Shown: positions 1 through 8,650 of the stretch, piece by piece | Position numbering within the stretch: position 1 is the stretch's first letter | How the letters are laid out: every line of letters begins with the position of its first letter | NCBI GenBank assembly: GCA_036012755.1 | Contig: DASCPX010000037.1 | Coordinates: 1-64,000 of the forward strand | DNA: 64,000 nucleotides | Reading direction: 5' to 3' | From: Myxococcota bacterium | Lineage (GTDB): Bacteria; Myxococcota_A; UBA796; CAJQPC01 | Made by a program: the position numbers and the translations under genes | The notes under the pieces: model-generated | Told to the model about the DNA's origin: nothing | Database searches by the model: none | The model's input: only the letters and a program-made list of their open reading frames with translations

Positions 1-5
1 GGCTG

Positions 6-33
6 AAGGCGTCGGGTGACCCCGGCGCCTTTT
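6..33 (+). terminator. Intrinsic terminator-like hairpin, possibly bidirectional
   Basis: AAGGCGTCGGG-TGAC-CCCGGCGCCTT stem running into a T tract; lies just past the scoB stop on the other strand. Confidence 0.6.
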
Positions 34-47
34 CTACTCTGGACCTC

Positions 48-698
48 TCAGAACGCTCCGAGCTCGTCGGCGATGGCGAAGTCGGCCTCGGTGACGGCCC
101 GGATGCTCGCGACGGTCTCTTCGGGGGCGAGCTCGATGAGGGTGAGCCTGCCCTCGCGCAGCTCGAACACGCAGCGGTCCGTGATGACCATGTCGACCAC
201 GCCGACGCCGGTGAGCGGGAGGTTGCAGTCCTTGAGCACCTTGCTGTCACCGCGCTTGTTCGTATGGGTCATGGTGACGACCACGCGGCGGGCGCCGGCC
301 ACGAGGTCCATCGCGCCCCCCATGCCCTTGACCATCTTGCCCGGGATCATCCAGTTGGCGAGGTCGCCCCGCTCGCTGACCTGCATTGCGCCCAGGATGG
401 TGATGTCGACGTGACCGCCGCGCACCATGGCGAAGGAGTCCGCGGAGCTGAAGAAGCTGGACCCCGGGAGGAAGGTGACGGTCTGCTTGCCTGCGTTGAT
501 GAGGTCTGCGTCCACGTCCGCATCGAGCGGGAACGGCCCCATCCCGAGCAGGCCGTTCTCCGAGTGCAGAACGATCTCCATGTCCTCTGGCAGGTGGTTG
601 CTGACCAGGGTGGGGATGCCGATGCCCAGGTTGACGTAGTAGCCGTCGCGCAGCTCGCGGGCGGCGCGCTTGACGATGCCGGTGCGGTCGGTCGCCAT
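48..698 (-). CDS. scoB: 3-oxoacid CoA-transferase subunit B
   Basis: YVNLGIGIPT, SENG active-site motif, GMGGAMDLV. Confidence 0.93.
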   Translation of the reverse strand: MATDRTGIVKRAARELRDGYYVNLGIGIPTLVSNHLPEDMEIVLHSENGLLGMGPFPLDADVDADLINAGKQTVTFLPGSSFFSSADSFAMVRGGHVDITILGAMQVSERGDLANWMIPGKMVKGMGGAMDLVAGARRVVVTMTHTNKRGDSKVLKDCNLPLTGVGVVDMVITDRCVFELREGRLTLIELAPEETVASIRAVTEADFAIADELGAF

Positions 699-699
699 C

Positions 700-1395
700 T
701 CAGGCCTCCCTGATGGTGCGCTTCTCGATGCGCTTCTCGTAGTGCTCTCCGAGCACGACGCGCTGCACGAAGATGCCGCTGACGTGGATGGTGTCGGGGT
801 CCAGCTCGCCGGGCTCGACGATCTCCTCGACCTCTGCGATGGTCACAGAGGCGGCCATCGCCATCATGGGGTTGAAGTTCCGCGCAGTCCGGCGGAACAC
901 GAGGTTCCCGTGGCGGTCGGCCTTCCATGCCTTCACGAGGGCGAAGTCGGCCGACAGCGCCTTCTCCAGGACGTACATGCGCCCGTCGAAGTCACGGGTC
1001 TCCTTGCCGTCGGCGACCACCGTGCCGTAGCCCGTCGGCGTGTAGAAGGCCGGGATGCCGGCGCCGGCGGCCCTGATGCGCTCGGCGAGGGTCCCCTGGG
1101 GGGTCAGCTCGACCTCCAGGTCCCCGTCGAGGAACTGCCGCTCGAAGGTCTTGTTCTCCCCGACGTAGCTCGAGATCATCTTCTTGATCTGCCGCGTCTG
1201 CAGGAGCAGGCCCAGACCGAAGTCGTCGACTCCCGCGTTGTTCGAGATCGCCGTCAGGTCCTTGACGCCGCGGTCTCTCAGCGCGGCGATCAGGTGCTCG
1301 GGGATGCCACAGAGGCCGAAGCCACCGGCCATCAGCACCGCACCATCGGTGATGTCGGCGACCGCCTCGGCGGCTGACGCACGGACCTTGTCCAA
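700..1395 (-). CDS. scoA: 3-oxoacid CoA-transferase subunit A
   Basis: [34 protein letters not shown] start with GGAGGT RBS; adjacent to subunit B. Confidence 0.93.
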   Translation of the reverse strand: MDKVRASAAEAVADITDGAVLMAGGFGLCGIPEHLIAALRDRGVKDLTAISNNAGVDDFGLGLLLQTRQIKKMISSYVGENKTFERQFLDGDLEVELTPQGTLAERIRAAGAGIPAFYTPTGYGTVVADGKETRDFDGRMYVLEKALSADFALVKAWKADRHGNLVFRRTARNFNPMMAMAASVTIAEVEEIVEPGELDPDTIHVSGIFVQRVVLGEHYEKRIEKRTIREA

Positions 1396-1469
1396 GGCTC
1401 ACCTCCAGGGAGGCAGGCTAACCCGTCTGGCTGCGAGCGAGGCTGGCCTGGGGGGCGCCTCTCCAGTGA

Positions 1470-2288
1470 CTACTGCGGGCCCTTCGAGGTTCCGCGGACG
1501 CTGACGAGGTTGCCGTTGGGGCCAGGGATGCCGCCGCGGATGTAGACCAGGTTCTTCTCTGCGTCGATCTTGACGACCTGGAGGTTCTGGACCGTGGCGC
1601 GCGCGTTGCCGAGCTGACCGGGCATCTTCATGCCCTTCTGGACATGGCCCGGGGTCAGGCGCGTACCGATCGAGCCGCCGTGACGGAAGAACTCGTGCAC
1701 GCCGTGGCTGCGCAGGAAGCCACGGAAGTGGAACTTCTTCATGACTCCGGAGAAGCCCTTGCCCTTGGAGGTGCCGGTGACGTCGACCTTCTGCCCGACC
1801 TTCAGCACGTCGGAGATCGTGAGGGACTGACCCAGGCTGTAGCCGCTGACATCATCGAGGCGGAACTCGCGCAGCAGCCGCGTCGGGCTGACCCCGGCCT
1901 TGGCGAAGTGGCCATGGAGCGGCTGGTCGACGCCCAGGCGATGGGCGGCGGCGCTCTTCTCGAGGCGGATGATCCTGCGCTCCCACTGGGCCTTGTCTTC
2001 CTGGAGGCGCGCGGTGGTGTCCTCGTCCGCTTCCTTCAGGTCTTCCTCGATCGTCTCCAGTTCCTCGCGCAGGGCTGCGATCTCTCGCTCCTGGCGGGAG
2101 GCGTCCTTGGTCGGACGTGCGGCGAAGCCGAGCTGGATGGCGTTGTAGCCGTCGGTCTCGACGGTCTTGATCTGGACGACGGCGCAGGGGCCGGCCTCGA
2201 CGACCGTGCAGGGGACGACGTTGTCGTTCGAGTCGAAGTACTGGGTCATGCCGATCTTGCGACCGAGCAGGCCGGGGTTCTTGTTCAT
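1470..2288 (-). CDS. rplC: 50S ribosomal protein L3 (uL3) with large insertion
   Basis: GRKIGMTQ, DGYNAIQLG, GHFAKAG, DVTGTSKGKGFSG, KMPGQLG motifs. Confidence 0.95.
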   Translation of the reverse strand: MNKNPGLLGRKIGMTQYFDSNDNVVPCTVVEAGPCAVVQIKTVETDGYNAIQLGFAARPTKDASRQEREIAALREELETIEEDLKEADEDTTARLQEDKAQWERRIIRLEKSAAAHRLGVDQPLHGHFAKAGVSPTRLLREFRLDDVSGYSLGQSLTISDVLKVGQKVDVTGTSKGKGFSGVMKKFHFRGFLRSHGVHEFFRHGGSIGTRLTPGHVQKGMKMPGQLGNARATVQNLQVVKIDAEKNLVYIRGGIPGPNGNLVSVRGTSKGPQ

Positions 2289-2345
2289 GTCTTCCTCGCA
2301 TTGGACGACGGCTTCGTTACCGCCTTCGTACGGCCGGGCGAGGTA

Positions 2346-3467
2346 TCACGACCCCAGGGCGTTGCCCAACAAGCTGATCTCGTAGGTCGGCTCGTACAGC
2401 GCGTTCGACTTGATGGTCACGGTGCCCGAGTCGAGCACGCAGGTGGCGTTGGCCGTGAAGGTGATGTCGATGGTCTCGTAGCTCCACGGGGTGACGGTCT
2501 TGCTCCCGCTGAAGCCTCCCACCGAGTAGCTGCAGTCGGTCTGCATCGCTTCGTTGTCCACGCTGACGCTGTCGATCACGAGGTCCTCGTCGCCTTCGTT
2601 CCAGATCTCCACGGAGCGGGTGTCCGAGTTGCCCCAGGGCGTGATGATCACGATGAAGTCGCTGATGCTGTAGGCGTCGGTCGAGCCGGTGTCGACCGAG
2701 ATCATCGGTCCGCAGATGTCGCAGCCGTGGAAGCCCGACCCGACCACGGACAGCGCCAGCGCTGGGTCGTTCGCCGCGTCCGAGGTGATGGTCAGCGTCT
2801 CGTTGTAGGTCGTCTCGTCCGTCGGGGTGAACAGGACGGTGACGTCCTTTGTGTCGGCGACGTCGAGCACGTAGGGGAGGGTGAACTCCCTGCCCCAGTC
2901 GACGATGGTGTCGTCGCTGGAGACGAAGTCGGTGACGAGCAGGGCCTCGTCCCCCGTGTTCGTCAGGGTCAGCGCGGTGGTGTCACCCTTGTTGATGTCC
3001 ACCGCGCCGAAGTCGTGGCTCACCCAGCTCACGTCGAGGTAGCTGCCGCCCTCGATGGGGCCGGTGTCCTGAGAGGCGGCGGTGCCCACCACGTCCACGT
3101 AGACGAGCTCTGCGTCAGGGCTGTCGGTCTCCAGGGCGAGGGCGTCGCTGTAGTCGATCGCAGAGGTCGGCTCGAAGGTGAGCGTGAGGACGAGGTCCTC
3201 TCCCGCGCCGATGGTGCCGGTGACGGTGTCGATCGAGAACGCGGCGTTGCCCAGGCTCGCGCCGATGAGCTCGATGGTCGCGTCGCCGCTGTTGGTCAGC
3301 ACGAGCGTCTCGTCGCCCCAGCTGCCGGCGTCGACGTAGCCGAAGTCGATCTCCGAGGCTGACAGCGTCAGGTCCCCATACTCGACGGGCTGCTCTTGAT
3401 CGCCCGGCTGATCACCTGGCGGCGGGAGGTTGTCGAGCCCACAGGCTGACAGGACGAGAATCAACAT
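2346..3467 (-). CDS. Lipoprotein with three Ig-like (choice-of-anchor D / ASH-type) domains
   Basis: Lipobox LSAC; repeats of DFG..V....LTLTNxGDxxLxI...V.FxPT; acidic and Thr-rich. Confidence 0.75.
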   Translation of the reverse strand: MLILVLSACGLDNLPPPGDQPGDQEQPVEYGDLTLSASEIDFGYVDAGSWGDETLVLTNSGDATIELIGASLGNAAFSIDTVTGTIGAGEDLVLTLTFEPTSAIDYSDALALETDSPDAELVYVDVVGTAASQDTGPIEGGSYLDVSWVSHDFGAVDINKGDTTALTLTNTGDEALLVTDFVSSDDTIVDWGREFTLPYVLDVADTKDVTVLFTPTDETTYNETLTITSDAANDPALALSVVGSGFHGCDICGPMISVDTGSTDAYSISDFIVIITPWGNSDTRSVEIWNEGDEDLVIDSVSVDNEAMQTDCSYSVGGFSGSKTVTPWSYETIDITFTANATCVLDSGTVTIKSNALYEPTYEISLLGNALGS

Positions 3468-3546
3468 GAAGTTCCCCGGACGATTGGGACGTTCGATGCC
3501 GACTGAACCTTAGCGAACCAAGCCGCATGTCGCCAACGCCGATGCC

Positions 3547-3561
3547 GCAGGAACCGTGCCA
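3547..3561 (-). promoter_or_regulatory. sigma54-type -24/-12 promoter for the Ig-like lipoprotein gene
   Basis: TGGCACG-GTTC-CTGC on minus strand, ~80 nt upstream of the ATG at 3467. Confidence 0.6.
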
Positions 3562-3603
3562 GCGGGTGCGGAGTCGATCAGCGAAGCGCGTCGCTGCTGC
3601 AGC

Positions 3604-4335
3604 TCAGAAGGTGTACTTCAGGTACGCGGTGGCGTTGAAACCGAGATCGAAGCCGACGGCGTAGAAGACGTCCCCGTCGCCGCCCAGGCTGAAGTGGGAC
3701 AGCTTGCTGTAGTACTCGAGCGTCAGGCCTCCGAAGCCCACGGGCTTGAAGGAGTCGTGGTAGCCGGGGTCGACGCCGCCCCACTCGCCCTGTACCACCT
3801 CTGTCTGGTACCGCGCTTCGTCCATCAACAGCGGGCTGTAGAGGCCGCCGCCGCCGAGGCGCAGCCCCAGGCCGATGCGGCGGGTGGGGTACTTGGAAAA
3901 CTCGTAGTTCAGCAGGAAGCTGTAGGTCCGAAGGTCGCCCTGCACGAAGGGCGAGGGGTTGTCGGGCACTCCGTCGCCGTTGCGGTCGTTGCCCGCGCAG
4001 CCCTCGTCGGCCTGGAAGTCGTAGCCGCAGCCGTTGTGGATGCCCTGAAGGACGGCGAGCTCCCAGGCCATCGAGGTCTTCTCGCGGTCCACGAAGTCCT
4101 GGCCCAGGGCGAGGCCCACCGCGGTGCCGCCCTTCACGAAACCGCGGAACTGGCCGATGTACCCGGCGCCTCCGACGTTCGCCTTGGCGTAGACGCCCTT
4201 GTTGATCTCCTTCACGTCCGGCTTCTTCGTCGAGCGGCGGCCGCGCGTGTCCTCGACCTCGTCGGCTTCGTCCAGGTCGTCGTAGTCCTGGGCGAAGGAA
4301 GGACCGGTCGACAACAGCGACAAGAGGAGCAGCAT
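3604..4335 (-). CDS. gltH: Gliding motility outer-membrane beta-barrel protein GltH/CglE
   Basis: Signal peptide, alternating beta-strand pattern, terminal YxF; directly after gltG as in M. xanthus; start at ATG 4335 (GAGGT RBS). Confidence 0.7.
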   Translation of the reverse strand: MLLLLSLLSTGPSFAQDYDDLDEADEVEDTRGRRSTKKPDVKEINKGVYAKANVGGAGYIGQFRGFVKGGTAVGLALGQDFVDREKTSMAWELAVLQGIHNGCGYDFQADEGCAGNDRNGDGVPDNPSPFVQGDLRTYSFLLNYEFSKYPTRRIGLGLRLGGGGLYSPLLMDEARYQTEVVQGEWGGVDPGYHDSFKPVGFGGLTLEYYSKLSHFSLGGDGDVFYAVGFDLGFNATAYLKYTF

Positions 4336-4383
4336 GGGGACCTCGGGGAGACGGGGGGTTTCTAACACGACGTGAAGAGGGGC

Positions 4384-4402
4384 CGAGACACTGGGTGTCT
4401 CG
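4384..4402. repeat. Inverted repeat upstream of gltH
   Basis: CGAGACAC-TGG-GTGTCTCG. Confidence 0.6.
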
Positions 4403-4446
4403 ACCCCTGTCAACCCTTCGTCAGGCCCGGAGGGGGCCCTTGGGCA

Positions 4447-6423
4447 TCAGCTCGGGCTGAAGATGAAGGGGTAGCTGACGATGACGATGCCGCCGCCCTT
4501 GGGCTCGGGGAACTTGAAGCGCATGAAGCGACCGTTGATGCAGCTCTCGACCGCCGGGCTGCCCATCGTGGTGGCCTTCGTAGAGGCCGATGAGACGGTG
4601 CCGTCCTTGGCGATGACGAACTTCACGACGATCTTTCCGCCGAGGTTCGGGTTCTTGGTGAGTTCGCGCTGGTAGCAGTAGCGGATCTGGTTCATGTTCC
4701 GCTTGATGACGGCGTCGATGAGGCTCTTGTCCAGGGCACCGAGGATGATGGGGTCACCACCGATGCGGCCGATGCCGCCCTCGCCCTTGGCACCGAAGTT
4801 GCCTCCGCCGCTGCCGTATCCGGAGGCGCCTGAGCCGCGTCCCTTCGTGCCGAGTCCACCGAGACCTTCAGCCGTCCCACCGCCGCCGAGGCCGGAGCCG
4901 CGGGAGCCGAGGCCGCCGGAGCCGATCTGCACGCCCTTGGCGCCGATGAGGCCACCGATCCCGCCCGTGATGTCGGAGTTGAGCCCGGAGGATCCGAACA
5001 CACCGTCGAGCTCCGCACCGTCGCGCATTGCTCCGAGAACGCCTGCGTTCTCAGCGATCTCCTTGTCGATCTGACGCTTGTTCATTTCGACCTTGTTGCC
5101 CTTGGCCTTGTCCATCTTGGCGTCTTTCTTGCCGACCTTGCCCTCTTCGCGCTTTGCCTTGGCGCCTTCACCCGCGTCCGGGTTGCCGGTGGGCTTGTTC
5201 TTCTCCTTGTGCTTCTCGATCTCCGGCTGCTGGAGCAGGAGCTCGACGAAGCGATCCGGGATCTCGTTCAGCTCGTGGGCGGGCCGCGGCGGCATCGTGT
5301 AGACCCAGATGCCGGCGAGGATGCCGAGGAAGATCATGAAGGAGAGGACCCCCAAGAATGGGTAGTCCAGGTTCTCCGTGATCGCGGCGATTACGCGCCT
5401 GCCCGGGCTGACGAGCTGGGCGAAGAAGATGACGTGGCCGAGGTCCACCACCACGCGGGTGTTGGCGTCGATGTCGATCTTGTAGAGACCGTTGCCGGCG
5501 GCGCTGGCCTTTCCAGACTCGATCATCTCCTGGATCGTGTGGCGCTCTTCGCCGATGTCGACGAAGCCGCCCCAGCTGTCCTGGATGTTCATCACCCAGG
5601 TGCCGCCCTCCCAGGTGAAGAGTCCGAAGTCCTCGTGGGGGATGTTGTCGGTGGGAACGTAGAAGTCGTTCTTCCACTCCGGCTCGGCCTCCGACAGCAT
5701 GGGACCGAAGCACGGGGCGATCTTCGCGAAGGCGGGCGGGACCCAGGCGATCGGGACGCCCATGTAGCGCCAGCGGTGGCCTGTGCTGGTGCCCACGGTC
5801 ACGGGCTTGCCGCCCTTGCCGTAGTGCTTGATGTCCATGACCACGTCGCCCCAGATCTCCGCGACCTCGAGGACGGGCTGCTTGGTCCGGTCGACCCCCA
5901 GGTCGGACTGGGCGGTCCCCGAGCGCATGATGAAGGCCATCACGTCTTCTGTGGGCTCGGCGCTCTCGGGCGCGTCCTCGTCACCGGCGTCCGCCTCGGC
6001 CTCGTCCTTCGACTTCAGCGCGAAGAAGGACGCACCGGTGGCGTCGGTGACCTCTGTGGAGGCCTCTTCGCCCTCCGGCGGGCGGACCATCTGGGTGGCC
6101 TCCTCGTCGGAGAAGTCGTTGGCCGCGAAGCCGACGGAGATGCGGATGTCGCCGATCTCGATCGTGTCGCCATCGGACAGGGTCGCGTTGACGACCTGTT
6201 CGCCGTTGACCTTGGTTCCCTCGCCGACGAGGTCGAGGAGCTGGACGGTGCCGTCCTCGTTCAGGTTGACGACGGCCTGCAGGTCCTGGAGGGCCTCGTC
6301 CTCGACGCGAAGCATCGCGGCGGGGCCCTTGCCGATGGTGATGCTCTCGGCGGAGAGATCCTCGCGGAAGAGGAAGACGTTGCCGCGGTAGACCTCGAAG
6401 GTCAGGACAGGGGTGTCCGACAT
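4447..6423 (-). CDS. gltG: Gliding motility protein GltG (FHA, TM helix, Gly-rich linker, TonB-C/AgmX-PglI domain)
   Basis: N-terminal FHA-like domain, TM helix, AKREEGKVGK, Gly-rich linker, IRYCYQRELTKNPNLGGK...VSYPFIF. Confidence 0.9.
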   Translation of the reverse strand: MSDTPVLTFEVYRGNVFLFREDLSAESITIGKGPAAMLRVEDEALQDLQAVVNLNEDGTVQLLDLVGEGTKVNGEQVVNATLSDGDTIEIGDIRISVGFAANDFSDEEATQMVRPPEGEEASTEVTDATGASFFALKSKDEAEADAGDEDAPESAEPTEDVMAFIMRSGTAQSDLGVDRTKQPVLEVAEIWGDVVMDIKHYGKGGKPVTVGTSTGHRWRYMGVPIAWVPPAFAKIAPCFGPMLSEAEPEWKNDFYVPTDNIPHEDFGLFTWEGGTWVMNIQDSWGGFVDIGEERHTIQEMIESGKASAAGNGLYKIDIDANTRVVVDLGHVIFFAQLVSPGRRVIAAITENLDYPFLGVLSFMIFLGILAGIWVYTMPPRPAHELNEIPDRFVELLLQQPEIEKHKEKNKPTGNPDAGEGAKAKREEGKVGKKDAKMDKAKGNKVEMNKRQIDKEIAENAGVLGAMRDGAELDGVFGSSGLNSDITGGIGGLIGAKGVQIGSGGLGSRGSGLGGGGTAEGLGGLGTKGRGSGASGYGSGGGNFGAKGEGGIGRIGGDPIILGALDKSLIDAVIKRNMNQIRYCYQRELTKNPNLGGKIVVKFVIAKDGTVSSASTKATTMGSPAVESCINGRFMRFKFPEPKGGGIVIVSYPFIFSPS

Positions 6424-6489
6424 GGATTCCCTCGGTCGCGCCCGGTCGGACGCGTGCGGTGGGTGAGAAAAAGGGAGAGAGAGTTCGGG

Positions 6490-6753
6490 CTACTTGACCA
6501 GGTTCACCGACTCGTCCATCTCCTCGTTGAAATCGGTCCGGAGCTTGATGAGCGGGTTGAAGTTCGCCCGCTTCCGGTCGAGGAGGAGTGCACCCTGCGG
6601 CTTCACGAGCTCACCTGCGACCTCGACGCCCTCGAAGTCGATCTCGGTCCGCTTCTTGTAGACGATCCTGGCTTCTTCGTCCTGCGCCATCGCGGGCGCA
6701 GCAAAAGCGGTGAACGCGACGGACAGCGCCAACGTGTAGCGGATGAGCTTCAT
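6490..6753 (-). CDS. gltF: Gliding motility protein GltF/CglF
   Basis: Signal peptide plus VYKKRTEIDFE...GELVKPQG...FNPLIKLRTDF; lies between gltE and gltG. Confidence 0.88.
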   Translation of the reverse strand: MKLIRYTLALSVAFTAFAAPAMAQDEEARIVYKKRTEIDFEGVEVAGELVKPQGALLLDRKRANFNPLIKLRTDFNEEMDESVNLVK

Positions 6754-7021
6754 GGAGTCCTCGGTGTGCGGTCTGGCTGGTCACTATGGCGATGGTGTTT
6801 CGCGCGAGAGGAGCTTTACACCCCTTTGGCCGAAGATTGTGCGCCAGATCGAGCTCGGCCGTTGTCAGCGTACGGTCAATCCGCCCTGGAGGCGGGTTTT
6901 CGGCCGATCAGGGCGGGTGATGCAGACGCATGCAAGCCTCCGGGAGCTGCCGGTGTCGACATGCTCCGGAGGCCTGGGTTCCCGCTCAGATGTCAAGACC
7001 GCGTCGTCGCGATCGCCCGGT

Positions 7022-8632
7022 CTACTCGGGAGCGGGCTCTTCCGCGGGCGCCTCGGCAGGGGCGTCGTCTGCCGGTGCCTCTTCGCCGCCAGCCTCTGGA
7101 GCCTCGTCACCGCCTTCCTCGGGAGCGGGGGCGTCGCCCTCTGGAGCCGTCCCGTCCGGTTCGACGGCGCCGCCCTCTGGGGTGGGCTCGGGAGCGGGCG
7201 CTTCCGCGCACATCGGGATGAAGTCGTCGAGCATGGGCTCGTAGGACTCCAGGAAGGTGATCATGTCACCGGCCAATTGGAAGTCCTCTGCGTCGACCAC
7301 CATCTGGCCCTGCTCTGCGATCATCGCGAAGTCCTCGAGCATGCCCATCTCGGCCACCGCCGGGCAGTTCGCCTGGTCGAGCTTCTTGTTGAACGAGGCC
7401 ACGCGCCCCTTGAGCTCCTCGAGCTGGGCCTTCTGGCGCTTCTCACGCTCCTCGGCTTCGATACGCTTGCGCTCGGCCTCGGCGACGCGTTCCTGCTCCA
7501 GCCGCTCCGACTCGGCGATGCGATCGATGCGAGCGAAGACGTCGTGGTTGGGGCCGATGCTGCCCTGGTTCAGATCGACATAGGCCTGCAGCACCTTCTT
7601 GGCCTTCTTGAAGTCCTTCGTGTACTTCTCGTGGAGCGTCGAGGCGTTGAAGTAGGCGACCTCGTTGCTCGGGTCCATCTCCAGGATGCGGTCGTAGGTC
7701 GCGCTCGCCTGGTCGAACTGCTTCAGGCCGCGCTGGGCCACGGCGAGACCGAGCAGGCCATCGACGTTCTCCGGCGCCGCCGTCTGGACCTGGGAGAAGC
7801 AGTCATGGGCTTGCTGGTAGTCGCCGCTGTCGAGCGCCACGTAGCCGAGGTTCAGGTTGGCCTCGACGTTGTCCGGATCGATCTTGATCGCGGTCTTGAA
7901 GGCGTCGATCGCCGCCGGCAGGTCCTCCTGCTGGAGGTAGGTGACGCCCATGTTGTTGTAGATGCCGGGGTCGCCGTCCTGCAGCGTCTTGGCTTTCTCC
8001 GCGCAGAGCTGGCTCATGCCGTACTCGCCCTTGGCGAAGTAGGTCCGCGACAGGTTCCGGTACGCGGCGACGTTGTCCGGCTTCTTCTGCAGGATCTTCT
8101 GGGCCTCTGTGATCGCCTCGTCGTAGCTGCCAGACAGCGTCAGCGTGTTGACCAGGCTGTTGTGCATGTCCAGGTCGTCTGGCTTGGCGGAGAGGTAGCT
8201 GCGGTAGATCTCGATGGCCTCGGCGTGCCGCTCCGCCGATGCGAGGGCGTTGGCGAGGTTCGTCAGGGCCGCGGTGTAGCCGCTGTCGGCCTCCAGGGCC
8301 TTGCGGTAGTGGCGCTCGGCCCGGTCGGGCTGACCGAGGCGCTCCGACGCCCAGCCGGCGTTGAACTCCGCTCGGGCTCCGCCGCCGAGGGCGATCGCCT
8401 TGTCGAAGTCGTCGTACGCCGCCTGGTAGTCGACGATGCCGGTCTTGGAGTCCGGCGTCTTCATCGTGGTGACGCCGCGGTCGAAGAAGTAGGCCGGGTC
8501 AGTGATGGTGGACTCGTCCACTTCCGGGGTCTTGTCAGGACCGCAAGCGGTCGTGGCGAATCCCACGGACAGCGCGAGACCCAACAAGAGGAAGGAGCGC
8601 AGTCCGGTACGCGCGGATGGCAGATTGGTCAT
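7022..8632 (-). CDS. gltE: TPR lipoprotein GltE/AglT
   Basis: Lipobox TTAC, multiple TPRs, coiled coil, Pro/Ala/Glu tail; synteny. Confidence 0.8.
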   Translation of the reverse strand: MTNLPSARTGLRSFLLLGLALSVGFATTACGPDKTPEVDESTITDPAYFFDRGVTTMKTPDSKTGIVDYQAAYDDFDKAIALGGGARAEFNAGWASERLGQPDRAERHYRKALEADSGYTAALTNLANALASAERHAEAIEIYRSYLSAKPDDLDMHNSLVNTLTLSGSYDEAITEAQKILQKKPDNVAAYRNLSRTYFAKGEYGMSQLCAEKAKTLQDGDPGIYNNMGVTYLQQEDLPAAIDAFKTAIKIDPDNVEANLNLGYVALDSGDYQQAHDCFSQVQTAAPENVDGLLGLAVAQRGLKQFDQASATYDRILEMDPSNEVAYFNASTLHEKYTKDFKKAKKVLQAYVDLNQGSIGPNHDVFARIDRIAESERLEQERVAEAERKRIEAEEREKRQKAQLEELKGRVASFNKKLDQANCPAVAEMGMLEDFAMIAEQGQMVVDAEDFQLAGDMITFLESYEPMLDDFIPMCAEAPAPEPTPEGGAVEPDGTAPEGDAPAPEEGGDEAPEAGGEEAPADDAPAEAPAEEPAPE

Positions 8633-8650
8633 GATTCCGTTCCTTGGCGC

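Noticed and set aside
1932..2120. Intein in L3
   Set aside because: Too short and lacks Cys/Ser start and His-Asn end motifs.
6831..6847. sigma54 promoter upstream of gltF (TGGCGC...)
   Set aside because: Lacks the conserved GC at -12.
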